NCBI GenBank assembly: GCA_951406725.2
Contig: OX597831.1
Span: 49,600,001 to 49,664,000, forward strand
Reading direction: 5' to 3'
Source: Octopus vulgaris
Taxonomy: Eukaryota
Length of the DNA stretch: 64,000 nt
Positions 12,768 to 27,342 of this stretch are shown piece by piece. Position 1 is the stretch's first letter. Each line of letters starts with the position of its first letter. Both the position numbers and the translations under genes were made by a program. The notes below the pieces were generated by a model. The model saw nothing but the letters and a program-made list of their open reading frames with translations, made no database searches and was not told the DNA's origin.

Positions 12768-12813
<46 letters not shown>

Positions 12814-13870
12814 ATATTATTAGAGGCGGTGAGTTGGCAGAATCGTTAGCACGCTTGGCAAAATGCTTAGCGGCATTTCGCCTGTCTGCACGTTCTGGGT
12901 TCAAGTTTCTCTGACGTCGACTTAACTTTTCATCCTTTCGGGGTCGATGAAATAAATACGAGTTGAGTACCAGCGTCGATGTAATTGACTAGTCCTCCTT
13001 CCCCAAAATTCAGGCCTCGTGCCCATAGTAGAAATGGTTATTATTAGTGAAAGGCTTCAATCTGGCTAAATTGTTAGCGGCATTTCGTCCGTCATTACGT
13101 TCTAAGTTCAAATTCTGCCGGGTCGACAAAATGAGCATCAGTTGAGTACTGGGGACGATGTAATCGGCTTATCCAACCCCAGTGCTAAAATTCGAAACCA
13201 TTATTTTTTCTTTCTTGTTAATGCGGCGCGCTAGAAGGATCCTTAGCTCGCATGACAATAAAATTCTTACTTGCATTTCGTCCGTCTTTGTGCTCTGAGT
13301 TCAAACTCTGCCGAGGTCGACTTCGCCTTTCAGCCTTTTGGGATCGATAAAATATGCACCTTTTGGACAACGAGTTCGATGTAATGGACTTAATCCTCTC
13401 ACCAAAATTGCTGGCCTTAAGCCAAAATTTGAAACCATTATTATTTTCTGTGTTGTAAGGCGGCGAGCTGGTAGAATCGTTAACATCTGGTAAAAAATTC
13501 TTACCGGCATTTCGTCCGAGTTGACGTTCTGAGTGCATCCTTTTAAGGCTGATAAAATAAGCAGCTTTGAGCTTTGGCGCGGTCGATGTATTCCGCTTGC
13601 ACATTCACAGAAAATTTCCTACCTTGTGTATGCAGTAGAAAAGTATTACTACTTTTGTCGTAAAGGCGGTGAGCTAGCAGGATCGTTAAATCGTCGGAAA
13701 AAATTTCTTGTTCTAAATCCTTACATTCCATGTTCAATTCTCGCCGAGTTCAACTATACTTTTCATCCTTTCAGAACCGATAAAATGATATATCAGTAAA
13801 AAACTAAGGTCGATGTTATCGACTCTCCCCTTTCTTCAAAGTTACTGGTCTTGCACCAAAATTCGAAAAA
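12315..13870. mobile_element. Cluster of ~7 SINE family C copies (mostly +, one - at ~12540-12765)
   Basis: Repeated GGCGG(C/T)GAGCTGGCAGAATCGTTAGC...GAGTTCAAATTCCGCCGAGGTCGACTTTGCCTTTCATCCTTTCGGGGTCGATAAA, separated by (ATT)n. Confidence 0.85.
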
Positions 13871-13877
13871 AGAAAAG

Positions 13878-14425
13878 CAGAGGAGTGTGACTGAGTTGGA
13901 TATCAGGGAGTTTTGGTTTTGTACGAAGAAGATGAGAAAGCAGAAAGAACAGTTGAGAAAATGGGGAAACTGGTGAATGTGAAGTTGTCGGAAGACAATT
14001 TTGATGTAAGCGATAAGAGAATTTTAATGCCTTGTGAAAAGTATTATAAATTTGAAAAAGAAATTGCTGAAATTTCATATGTGAAAAGTTTTCTATTGCC
14101 TGAAATTCCATCTTCGGAAATTGAAGTTGAAGAGTTAGAAAACTTAAAAGAAGTTTGTTTGTAATTAGTGAAGCAAAAAAAAAAAAAAAGACTTTGAAAT
14201 GTGCATTGAAAAGGAAAAAAACTGTCCAAATGTAACCACTCGATTTCGGGGATCGAGTAGGCATTGCGCCTCATTTTATACACTTTTCATATTACCATTC
14301 GTTTCTTTTAATTTTTTCTATTCTTATTTCATCTTCTTTTGTATTTTTAAGTTCCCCGTCTTTGTATATGTTTGTTTTGTAATTGGACCATTCTGTATCT
14401 AGCCCCTTGTGGGTAATAAAAGAAA
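13878..14425 (+). mobile_element. Truncated retrocopy with an acidic orphan ORF and a Tx1-like 3' end
   Basis: ORF 13913-14164, T-rich UTR, end GCCCCTTGTGGGTAATAAAAGAAA resembling the Tx1 3' end; possible AAAAGAAAAG TSD. Confidence 0.5.
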
Positions 14426-15459
14426 AGGAAATAGATCTTGCGGAATCGTTAGAGCGTCATAAAAGAAAAATTACTGTATTTGTTCCAGCTCTTTACGCCC
14501 TAGATTCTAATCTCACTGAGGTCAACTTTGATTTTCATCCTTTCGGGATCGATAAATTAAAGTACCAGTCAAGAACTGGGTTAGATGTTATCGGCTAAGC
14601 CACTTTCTACAAGATTACTTCTCTCGTACCTAAATCAGAATTTTTTTTTTTACATACTTTCGTTGTTATTGCCAGGCCCGTGTAAACCTGATGATAGGTC
14701 CGGGCTAAACGTGAATCCAAATTTGAACTAACCAAGGATCTAAGCTAGACATAAAATATTGATTCCATTCAAACTAGTGATAGACATAAGCCAGACCTGA
14801 AATGTTAATTACATTTCATTAAATCAAAGCAGAGGCCAGATAACAGCCTCTGCTTTTATTACAGGATGACCAACGTAATATTATTCAACTTACAGTGTTC
14901 AGTCTCTCATGCACACGAACCCGTGTACAGCTCCTGCTAGATAAAGTAGCTTACCATTTGTTGCATAATTCAATGTCCGCTTCTGCTCTTAGTTTTTGAT
15001 TTGCATTCTAGAGAGCACAAGATCTCGAAAATATCACCTAAGGTGTATAATAATTTGCATTCCGTGGATAGGTTACATAAGCAGCTGGAAATAATTTCAT
15101 ATATTTCTTTCAATCCCAAGAAGTACAGTATGTCGAAAGTTAATAGACAACCATTGCAAACACATAATTTTGAAAGCCCTACTCATTCAAGACATTGTAA
15201 ACATCCGCAACCTTTGGACAGCATGGGTTGTGACTGGTGCCCAAACGAGCACAGAATTTCGATTATCTCATCCAGGTGTAGACTCCCTGTTTTTCTTTTC
15301 TTTTTAGTATTCCTCTGAAGCATTACCGTCAACTCAGAGTGTTATGATACAGCCGACACATAAACTATTACCCACTTCTGCATCTATCCATTACTTCGTG
15401 TTTGACGCCTCATCGCGCACAGCAATTTCGAAAATTTTATCCAACATAATGTTTGTTCC

Positions 15460-15745
15460 TTCTCGAGCCATGCCTGGCACATAAGGGCCGGTTTCCCGGT
15501 TTCCTTGGCGTATAGGTTCCCCACCTGGACGGGACACCGGTCCGTCGCAGGGGATCTGCAAGATGCAGGAGGAAAGAGTGAGAGAAAGTTGTGGCGAAAG
15601 AGTGAGCAGAAGTTCGCCATTACCTTCTGCCAGAACCGTGTGAAATTTTGCTCATAAACACATACATCGCCCAGTCTGAGAATCGAACCCGCGATCCCTC
15701 GACTGCGAGTCCGCTGTTCTAACCACTAGGCCATGTGCTTCCACA
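15460..15745 (-). mobile_element. tRNA-derived SINE, head type R
   Basis: Minus strand TGGAAGCACATGGCCTAGTGGTTAGAACAGCGGACTCGCAGTCG...GGTTCGATTCTC; related to 39670 and 47955. Confidence 0.8.
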
Positions 15746-16676
15746 TCCAACATAATACAAGGTCCATATTACAACGTCACGTGGGGAAACAAAACAGCTA
15801 CCATATAATTTCATATCCCCTTCTCTCCTACTTCATAACTGAAGTACAGGCATTTCAAAAAATCATACTGAAGGCAACGGACAATCAAATGGACATCATG
15901 GAGGGAGCGAAGTACTAACAATTACCCTGGTGCCCTGTTCACCCCTTTCACACCAATATCACCATGATAATATTACAAGGCAAGTAGAGCGTTATGGACC
16001 ATCGACTCCTCACTTGGTGATCCGATACTATATTGGTTCGTCTACGCAGCGCAACTCCCTAATGTTGTTGTTGCTGTTAATACTGTAATATTATAGCTGA
16101 TGTCATGCTATTACTGGTGTTAATGTTTTCGTGGTATTTTTACCGGGTATGGTGATGTGTTACTGTAATATCTGATGGATGTTAGACAAACTTCGTTGCT
16201 ATGTTATACAGATTTTCAGCATTTGATCAGATGCTCATGTCACAAATAGCCAGCAGGCTTATTAAAAATTAATTATTAGCGGCAGAAGCGGTGTTAATAC
16301 CAAAATTTAATCTTTATATTCAACTAAACACGACATCCCTGTTCATTTGGATACAGGGATTACCTTTTGATATTAATACTCCTTTAAACCTCAGTAACAT
16401 GTTTCTGCAATCGGATTTCACGTGAAAAATTATTTCAATATACCAAATGTGAAAATTTTGACGTAATTTTAAAACCTCATAATATGTGACAGCAACGGAG
16501 AAGACACTACAAAAGTAGAGATACATACAGTTATAGGACATGGCATACACACACACACATACACGGACACAACACACACACACACAATACACACACTCAT
16601 TTAGAAGCGTACATACAGGCAATTACCAGTTTAAAATGGTGTATTGTAGACATATGCATGTATGTACGTATGTCTG

Positions 16677-16758
<82 letters not shown>

Positions 16759-17222
16759 AATGTGTGTGTGTGATGTTTCTTTGCGATGAACAGTAGAAAA
16801 GCTCCTTACCCCCCTCATTAAAGCTATGTATTCCTCACACCCACCTATCTCTCCCTTCCTCGACGTGTATGCATGTTTCTATGTGTTTACGAAAGTATGT
16901 ATGCAGCGTCGCGTGTATTTGACAGGTGTATTAACATTACCGTCCCATTGCCACTCTATATTTTTCACTTACAAAAACGCTGTTCTCTCTTTTAGTGATA
17001 TTAGTTACACTCACTTCTCTTACTACGTTTCCCTCAGAATAATACTCATTGCACCCTTCTCATTTTATCATATAATTCTCCCCACCTCCTTAGGGCACCT
17101 ATTATCAATCTTTGTTGAAATCCAGTTAACTTATTATTGAACTGGGAGTTAGTTTAACAGCTATGCAAAGTCTTATGAAGATTGGTTCGCTGGTTTAGGC
17201 AGTAAGATGGTAACAGACAGAC

Positions 17223-17304
<82 letters not shown>

Positions 17305-17308
<4 letters not shown>

Positions 17309-17745
17309 GAATACCAAAGATGGCACAAGAACGCAAAACATCCAGACAGACGATACCAAAAAATGGACGAGTCATTCGGAGTTTTCTTTCTTCAGTCGAA
17401 TTTCAGATTATCTTTGTAATTTCGGCTGGTTATACTTGAGATTGGTCCAATCTAGCCAGCCACAAGGAAAAACTAAGCTAAGAGCACTAGATTCCTTGGA
17501 AGAAAGCAGCGAATGTATACGAAAACAAGGACGGTAAAAACGGAGAAATGGTACACAAATACAAATGCAAATAAAAGACATTAACAACAGGTGTCTCTCG
17601 ACTAAGGACGAATTAAATTAAGCTGGCGTGTGAGGAGGTGAAGCCTTATGGCAGGAACATAAGAGACGACAGGCATAGGGAGGAGTATAGATGTTGCACG
17701 GATGATAGTCGAAACAAGAAAGAAAGGTCAGGCTTGGTCGAAGCA
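17305..17745. mobile_element. Probable PLE-like remnant adjacent to (TA)n
   Basis: Starts at (TA)n; minus strand has two decayed hammerhead-like motifs (CTGAAGA-AAGAAAACTC-CGAA at ~17375-17400; GGCTGG...CCAGCC-GAAA at ~17418-17465). Confidence 0.35.
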
Positions 17746-17759
17746 TTGCGTCGGATGCA

Positions 17760-18062
17760 ACGACACGGGTACCAGTTGATCTCATTACTGCAACAGCCTA
17801 CACGTGAAATTAATGTGTGAGCGGTTTAGCACTCCACAGACACGTGAACCCTTAACGTAGTTCTGAGGGAGTTTCAGCATGACACAGCATGTGGCATGGT
17901 TGGCCCTTTGAATTACAGGTATAGCTCATTTTTGCCAGCTGAGTGGACTAGAATGACGTGAAATAAAGTGTCTTGCTCAAGGACAGAACACGTCGCTGGG
18001 AATTGAACTAACGATCTTACGATCAGAGGCTGAATCCCCTAACCACTAAATCACTTGCCTTC
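17760..18062 (-). mobile_element. SINE, B-type head with 'AAGGGCC...GAACTACGTTAAGGG' tail; head repeated at 18253-18325
   Basis: Homology to the 3729 head and core and to the 47955 tail. Confidence 0.75.
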
Positions 18063-18097
18063 ATTCACACACACAGGTGTGTGTGTGTATACATGAA

Positions 18098-18253
<156 letters not shown>

Positions 18254-18368
18254 GTCGCTGGTAATTGAACTCATGACCTTACGATCAGGGGCTGAATCCT
18301 CTAACCACTAAACACATGCCTTCACACACACATGTGTGTGTTTATCTATCTATCTATCTATCTATCAA

Positions 18369-18404
<36 letters not shown>

Positions 18405-19844
18405 ACTATCTGTTTGTCGTCTGTCTGTCTGTCTATCTATATACGCATAACCATATTCCGCACAGTTTTCGCCCACCAACTTCACGAGCAAGTCCTTACT
18501 CTGCCTTGTAATACAAGACACTTGCGTTAGCTGCCACGCAGTGGTTCCGAATCCAAAACTACACGGTTGCCAACGAAAAGAACTTTTTAACCAAACAGCC
18601 ATGCCCGCATTTTACAAATAAGCATATTCTCGTGTATCAACTACGATTCCCATCTCTAACAATACTTATAAAAGCAAAAGAGGAAAAAAAAAGAAAAGAA
18701 ACGAAAGCAGTACAAAATGATAGCTAAAGGCCATTAAGTGCAGAACTGCTCACAAAAGCTTTACATTTGAAACAGCTTTTGTATAGATCTGAAACCCACA
18801 GGACAGAATCCTAAAACTCTCTGAAGTTGTGTTGACGATCGTTATTGGAGTTTATTATAGGTTTGCTCCATCAGGTCTTGACCCGAGGCTAAATAACAAC
18901 GTCGACTATACCATCATTGTCATCACCATGATCTATCATCATCACCAACCACAACTATAAAGAGGACTACAACATCTGCATCATCAACGACAGTCACGGC
19001 AACAATAACGACGATTACATCATCATCATCATCGTCATCATCGTCATCATCAACAACAACAACATTGTTTACAGCGATGTTTTGAAAATTGGTTGTCCAC
19101 TAGCGTGTGACATTAGAAAAAAGTAACTTCAGTAGACAAGGTCTAATGGAATTTACCGTTGATCCTAAATAAGAGAGAAAGTACGAGGTAGAGGAAGACG
19201 GAGAGGGAGAGAGAAAGAAAGAAAAAAGAAAAAAAGAAGGAAAGAATGGAAAAAGAGGAGAGAGTGGAGAATCTGTGGCTGTTATTGATGCTGCATCTTT
19301 TGGAGTTGTTAATATATATGATTTTTAATGCTATTGTTGATGGCATTTTCAATCTATTGGATTAGTTGTTTTTGTTTTCTCTAGATAACAAAACTCAAAC
19401 GTTGCGTGAAATTGTACGGAATGTTGAACGAACATATACAACGACCAACCAATTCATTACGATCCTAGTCAGATTACAATACCTTTAAGTTCAACGAGTA
19501 TAGAGAGAGTTGGTGCATTGTGTGTCCTATTTATTGAATGCGTGTCATTACTGTTCACAAATATCTAAAATTTTTATGTTGATAAAGACTGGCTGTTTTT
19601 TTTGTTTTACTAGAAATGTGTTTGTCGTTCAGTGATGTCACTTGATTACTGAACCTCACGAGTAGGTAGCTATATAAAAGGAAAAAAAATACGAAAGAAA
19701 AATTAAGAAAATATATGTTCGTCATTACCCCAACTTTTTTCCTTCACCCATTTTATCTTCATCGCCACTTTATCTTCATGCATGGCTCGAGAAGGAACAA
19801 CCAAACAAACAAACAAACAAACGACAACGACAACAACAACAACG

Positions 19845-19884
<40 letters not shown>

Positions 19885-19914
19885 CGACGACAACAACTAC
19901 AACAACAACATAGG

Positions 19915-22670
19915 TATAAGGCCAAAGGTGGCAAACTAGCACAATCGTTAGCACGCTGGGCAAACTACTAAGTGGCATTTCCTCCTTCCTTACGTTCTGA
20001 ATTCAAATACGACGGAGATCAACTTTGCCTTTCCTCCTTTGGGGCTCGATAAAATAAGTTGATCACTGGTATCCATGTAATCGACTTACTCCCTCCTCCG
20101 AAACTGCTGGCATTGTGCCAAAATTTGAAATCAGTACAAGTACAGGACCAAAAAATTTTTAAGGAAGATGCTACTCGACTCTAGTACTTGAATGATACTT
20201 TATTATATGATCTTTGGAAAGTTGAAAGGCAAAGTTGATCTCGGTGGAAAGCAATACAACTAAGAATCTTGCTTAAGGCTCTTTGGACATTATATTCTTT
20301 CTAGCTTTGGGCACAAGGCCAGCAATCTTAAGGAGAGAGGAAGTCGATGTAATCAACCCCAATACTTGACTGCTACTTTATTTTATCGACCCAGAATGTA
20401 TGAACGGCAAAGTCGACCTTGATGGAATTTGAACTCAGGGTGCAATCCCTTTGGGCGCAGCATAATAAGATTCTATCAAAAATTTCGGGACAGGGGAAGA
20501 GCCAGAACTAATAGGTGGAAGTATTTCCCCAGCGCTCTACCGATTCTGTCCCGCCACCGCTGTTATTAATCCTTTCTAGTATAGTCACAAGACTTGAAAT
20601 ATTGCGGGAGGGGTTAGACGATTATATCGAGCTTTGAACTCAATTAGTACTTATTTCTAGTACGTAAAAGGGAAAGAAAAAAATATAGAAAGAAGAAAAA
20701 CGGGACATTGCCGGCGGTTGCTGGTGCACTGGCGGCATGTCCCGAAACCCCTTCGGTGGGACGTGTGCCACCTGAGCGGGAGTGGGTGGGTGTGTAGAAG
20801 AAAGCCCCCTCCCAGTGGAAATGTTGAAGAATATGTGATCTATTTCAGGGGAGGGATTAGAGATAATTTTATACAAAGTTCCTTTAATAGTCGGGACTTG
20901 ATAGACCCGACTTGTATTCCAAAGTGGCCTCCGCAGGTGGTTGCTCTGGTACTATAAGAAAGGAACTTCTACTATATAAGGGACCCCTTCTTAAAGGAGG
21001 AGTATAGATTTTGTTTATGGGCCTCCAACTAGGGGTTGTAGGAATGCCTGCAGGAAGCAAGAAAGTTGATTGGGGATGGAGACTCATTTGTGTAACAGGT
21101 TTATCGCCTCATTATGTGTGTTAAATTGCTTTAATTTGTAATGGACTTTTTAGTCCATAAATTGGAATAATTGTAAAATTGGTAAGAGGGCTAAGACCTC
21201 ATTCGGTGTTTTTTAAAAAGAATGTTTTAGAGAAGCAAAAGTCGGCGGGCGCTTTTTGTCTTCTCCCATCCCTATCATCCTTGTATCATTATCATTCATC
21301 TCATTAATGTCCGTGTCCAGCCCGCAAGCTACCTTACTCTGTGTACTGCCTTTATGGCAAATTTAATATAATAAACTAGTACTTATTTCGTCAACCCTGA
21401 AATGATGATAGGTAAATTTGACCACGGTGGAATTTGAACTCAGAACGTAAAGACGGAGAAAATGCTGTTAAGCAATTTATCCGATACGCAAACGATTCTG
21501 CCGGCTCGCCACCCCACCTCCACGATGAATTGTTTCTAAGTTATGCAAAAGACCAGCAGTTTTGCGGAGATGGGCTTAGTCGATACCATCGATATTAGCT
21601 ACTTATTGGTAGTTCATTATATCAACTCCTGTAAAATGACGGAAAAATTTGACTTGGGCGTATTTGAACACAGAATGTAAAGTGCCAGGCCACCGCTCTT
21701 CATATTAATTTCTATTTCTTTTCGACCAAAGCTCGATTATTTTGGAGGGACAATTGAATCGCCCACACTACTTGAATTGTATTTTAATTTATCGAATCTG
21801 AAAGGGAAAGTTAAAACTCGGATGGGTTTGAAATCAGAACGTAAAAACTTGGAAGAAATAGCGCAAGACTTTTTCTCTCACACTCAAAGTATTTTGAAAA
21901 TTGTCCACTTTGAGATGTAATATATTGGTTTCAGATTTTGGCAAAAAGCCAGCAATTTTGGGTGAGTGGATAAGTCCATCACATGGACTACAATACCTGA
22001 CTGGTATTTAATTTATCAACCCCCGAAGAATAAAAGGCAAAGACGACCTCAGCGGAATTTCAATTCAGAAGGTAAAGATGGACGAAATACCTATTTCTTT
22101 ATTACCCACAAGGAGCTAAACACAGAGGGGACAAACAAGGACAGACATAGGTATTAAGTCGATTAAATCGACCCCAGTGCGTAACTGGTACTAAATTTAT
22201 CGACCCCGAAAGGATGAAAGGCAAAGTCGACCTCGGCGGAATTTGAACTCACAACGTAACGCAGACGAAATACCGCTAAGCACTTTGCCCTTCGTGGTAA
22301 CTCTTCTGTCAGATCGCCGCCTAGCGGTGTAATGTATTAACTTCTAATTTAGACCCAAAAGGATGAAAGAGAAGGTCGACCACGGCGGAATTTGAACTCA
22401 GAAGTAAAGACAGACGAAACACTGCTAAGAATTTCGCCCATTGTGCTAACGTTTCTTATTCCTTTATTGCCCACAAGGGGCTAAACATAGAAAGGACAAA
22501 CAAGGACAGACAAAGAGATTAAATCGATTACATCGACCCCAGTGCGTGACAAGTACTTAATTTATCGACCACGAAAGGATGAAAGGCGAAGTCGACCTCG
22601 GCGGAAGCACTGCTAGGAATTTCGCCCGGCGTGCTAACGTCTTTGCCAGCTCGCCGCCATTTTCGTAGTA
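19915..22670. mobile_element. Dense nested cluster of SINE family C copies (mostly minus strand)
   Basis: Recurrent ATCGACCCCGAAAGGATGAAAGGCAAAGTCGACCTCGGCGGAATTTGAACTC. Confidence 0.85.
20658..21376 (+). mobile_element. Unclassified ~720-bp insertion with a 13-bp TSD inside a SINE C
   Basis: TAGTACTTATTTC at 20645-20657 and 21377-21389; ends AATATAATAAA; the host SINE resumes after the TSD. Confidence 0.7.
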
Positions 22671-23359
22671 TAATAATGAGAATAAACGAATGAGCTTAAG
22701 TTGCTGAGTACACAGCGATTTCATTGTACGATCTGCTGCCCGCTTCATTTGCAGACCAGTTATCCGTACGTTTAAACATATCACACGAAACACCACCACT
22801 ACTACTATCATCATCATCATCAGCAGCAGCAGCAGCAGCGACCACCACCACCACCATCACCACCACCACCACCACCAACAACAACAACAAAACAAACCAG
22901 TGCAGGTTAACAATATATACGTATGTTAGCAATTATAACAGTAGTGAAAATGATCCACACAGTAATGTATGCATGCAGGCATACATGCATACGTACATAA
23001 GCGTGTGTGTATATATATATGTATATATATCTATATATCTATATCTATTCCTATCCTATCTATCTATCTATCTATCTATCTCTCTATCTCTCTATATATA
23101 TACACACAAACACACACACACATATATGTATATGCGTGTATACATACACACATAATACTACACACATATACATGCATAGATAGGGATGTACATATACACA
23201 CAATGCATGTATATAAATATATGTGCGTATATGTATACATACACACATGCACTCATATATATATACATATGTATATGTATATATAAGAATAAATAGATGT
23301 ATGCATGAGTATACAGGTAAATATATATACACAGATATATACGTATGTATGCAGGTATC

Positions 23360-23449
<90 letters not shown>

Positions 23450-23888
23450 CAGACATAAATATATCATATATACATATGATACATAAGCCTCGTTCGGCAC
23501 CTATGAATATAATTAAGAGCTTTCTTCTTGTAAATACAAAGCTTTGGATTAATTGTAGTCCACGCCATCCATCATCGTTTGAATCAATGCATTCAGAGAT
23601 ACCGCAACACATATATTATAGATAAAATTTCGATTTAATTATCGTCCTTTTACATTTGATATATCTGCGCTATTTTCTGTAACAGACGAAATCATTATAT
23701 CGTCTGTACGATTCGACGAATGACGACTAGCGTCAGAGATCTGCTGGAACTGGGGAACACTATAAAGATTACACCTTCGAAGGAATTGACCCCAGAACTT
23801 GGCGCTTATTCTATCGGTCCCTTGTCGAAAGGCAAAGCTCGTTACGTAGACACAACACACGAGCATCGATTTGTTACATACATACATA

Positions 23889-24044
<156 letters not shown>

Positions 24045-24048
24045 CTCG

Positions 24049-24213
24049 GGAGTGGCTGTGTGGTAAGTAGCTTGCTAACCAACTACGTAGTTCCGGGTTC
24101 AGTCCCACTGCATGGCATCTTGGGCAAGTGTCTTCTGCTATAGCCCCGAGCCGACCAATGCCTTGTGAGTGGATTTGGTAGACGGAAACTGAAAGAAGCC
24201 CGTCGTATATATG

Positions 24214-24254
<41 letters not shown>

Positions 24255-24463
24255 TTGTGTGTCTGTGTTTGTCCCCCTAGCATTGCTTCACAACCGATGC
24301 TGGTGTGTTTACGTCCCCGTCACTTAGCGGTTCGGCAAAAGAGACCAATAGAATAAGTACTGGGCTTACAAAGAATAAGTCCCGCGGTCGATTTGCTCGA
24401 CTAAAGGCGGTGCTCCAGCATGGCCGCAGTCAAATGACTGAAACAAGTAAAAGAGTAAAAGAG

Positions 24464-24466
<3 letters not shown>
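24049..24466 (+). mobile_element. SINE family A, full length
   Basis: Homology to the 2021 copy. Confidence 0.9.
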
Positions 24467-24508
<42 letters not shown>

Positions 24509-24514
24509 CATGCA

Positions 24515-24765
24515 TTGGATGAGCTCCTGGATCTTAAGAACCTTCCGCTCCAGATAACAAGGTGTCGGCATTCCAATTTTCTCCTCCTTTGTACGACCAC
24601 ACCTCGAATACTGCTGCCCCTTGTGGTCTCCCCATACAAAACAAAACATCTCCAAAATTGAATCACCCCAAAGGGCACTCACTAACGAATTGAAGGCATG
24701 ACTGATCTCGATTACCGGGACCGCCTTAAAGCCTTGAAACTCTATTCTCTCCAGCGCCGACGCGT
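24515..24765 (+). mobile_element. CR1-group LINE fragment (post-RT region)
   Basis: Translates SFVRPHLEYCCPLWSPHTKQNISKIESPQRALT/RIEGMTDLDYRDRLKALKLYSLQRRR, matching CR1 VRPHLEY...LSYEERL..L.LYSLERRR. Confidence 0.8.
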
Positions 24766-24924
24766 CATGTGTATTCAACACATCATTATCCAATGTTTTC
24801 TTTCATTCCTTTTTTATTGTGTAAGGGTTTATTCGATGGAAAGCCGACTATTCTCCTTTGTTGGACAATAGCTGAAGTGTGTGTGTGTGTGTGTGTGTAT
24901 GTGTGTATGCATGTATCTTTCTTC

Positions 24925-25212
24925 TTTTATCTTTTACTTGTTTCAGTCATTTGACTGCGGCCATGCTGGAGCACCGCCTTTAGTCGAGCAAATCGACCCC
25001 GGGACTTATTCTTTGTAAGCCCAGTACTTATTCCATCGGTCTCTTTTGCCGAACCGCTAAGTGACGGGGACGTAAACACACCAGCATCGGTTGTCAACAT
25101 ATGGACATTTTGCAGCACTCACTCATATAAATATGGGCACGCGTACATGCGTAAATACGTACACATATGTTTCCGTCTACCAAATTCACTCACAAGGCAT
25201 TGGTCGGGTCGG
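24925..25212 (-). mobile_element. Partial SINE family A with its centre replaced by a 68-bp foreign patch
   Basis: SINE homology on both sides of 25100-25167. Confidence 0.85.
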
Positions 25213-25500
25213 CCTGTGCATATATATTTATATACATGTGTGTGTGTGTGTGTGAGCGTGTGTGCATGTGTGCATGTGTGTATATACGTATTTTTGTACG
25301 CATGTGTGCGTATGTGCTGCAAAAGTCCCATACAAAATACATTATTGCAAGCTGATACAGGCGGAAGAGCACGATGCGCTCAGTGCGGATGATATGTCAT
25401 GACTTGATCTATTGATCTATAAGCAACAATCATTTTATCTACAACTAACATGATTTCAACAGTTCGATTCCAGTAGGCTTCCGCCTCAGTTATTCGGAAC

Positions 25501-25978
<478 letters not shown>

Positions 25979-27342
25979 GAAAGAGTAACAATGTAGGTTG
26001 GGTGATTTGGTGTAGTACTGGCGTTGATAGTCAGTGCATTCTGAACTAAGATATCCATTAACATGCTCACATAGGTTAGCTGGTACACGCTCAGCTAACT
26101 CATCGAGTACGCTACTGGTTAGGTCATCCGGTACACAGCCATCTCGGTCACTTATACAACGCCCGTTCGATTATCTGCGTACGCGAAATATAAAAACAAA
26201 ACAAAACAAAACAACAACAAAAAAACCAAGGAGGATATCAAACAAATCTTTGATGTAGACGATTGAACTATTTCGGGCTGGGAATCGCAAACTAATTTTG
26301 ACATATCGAAATGGGTTTCAATATCTGAGCAGCAAAAATGATTTATATTTTCTATGGTGTTAGCCACATGATAGATCTCAGAGATCAAACGGAGACATCT
26401 ATAAATAACCAAAGCAGAAGCTGGTTTACTTACTGATAATTTCGGTTACTGAGGCACAAATGTCTCATATTTAAATCGATTATATCGACACTGGTACTTC
26501 GACGAAACTTTATGTTGTCAGTTTCCGAAAAAATGAAAAGCAAAGATGAACTCGGTGGAATTTGAACTCAGAACAACAAATACTGCATGGCATTTAGTCC
26601 GATGTTCTAAAGATTTTCTGAATCCTACGCTGTTAAAACGAGCGTATATTGTAAACGATAACTGTATACTATTGATATGGACAGACTGTAATAACATTAA
26701 CATTCGCCACGATGCCGAATAATTAATTACCTTTCTTGAAATATCATATTCATACGTGGAAGAATTTTATAATTGTTACACTATTGGCTCCAGTTATCCG
26801 CGCTCTTGAAACAAACTGAACTACAAGCTAGGAATAAATAATAAACTATTATATTGTGTTTTATTGCGAGTAATAACTGGACTTGCCGTTACGTTAGGAC
26901 CTCATCTCTGATGCTGTAGTCAAGTAGTTGTCAAAATAACGAACACTAATCTCCCCTCCCCACCAGAATATAAGAGAAATGTTTTGTTAAACCTCCCCAT
27001 CACTTTCTAATAATGAAATGAAAATAGAGAATCTGCATCCATATAATTCTCTATTCAAGTTTTAAACACTGGAAACATTTTATTAATTCTATTAAACATG
27101 GTAAATGGTATACCTTCACTTTTTATCAATCCTTATATCTTTCTCTCTCTCTCACGCTCTCTCTCTCTCTTATGCTATCTCTCTCTCTTCCGCGCTCTCT
27201 CTGTGTCTCTCTCTGTCTGTCTGTCTCTCTGTCTGTCTCTCTGTCTCTCTGTCTCTCTCTCTGTCTGTCTCTCTCTGTCTGTTTCTCTCTCTCTCTTTCC
27301 CCTCTGATGATAAACACTGCTTTATTGCATTATATCGACATA

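Noticed and set aside
14880-15400. Unique-looking stretch with a 105-aa ORF as a possible host exon
   Set aside because: No recognisable domain and no convincing splice-site pair; cannot be supported without RNA data
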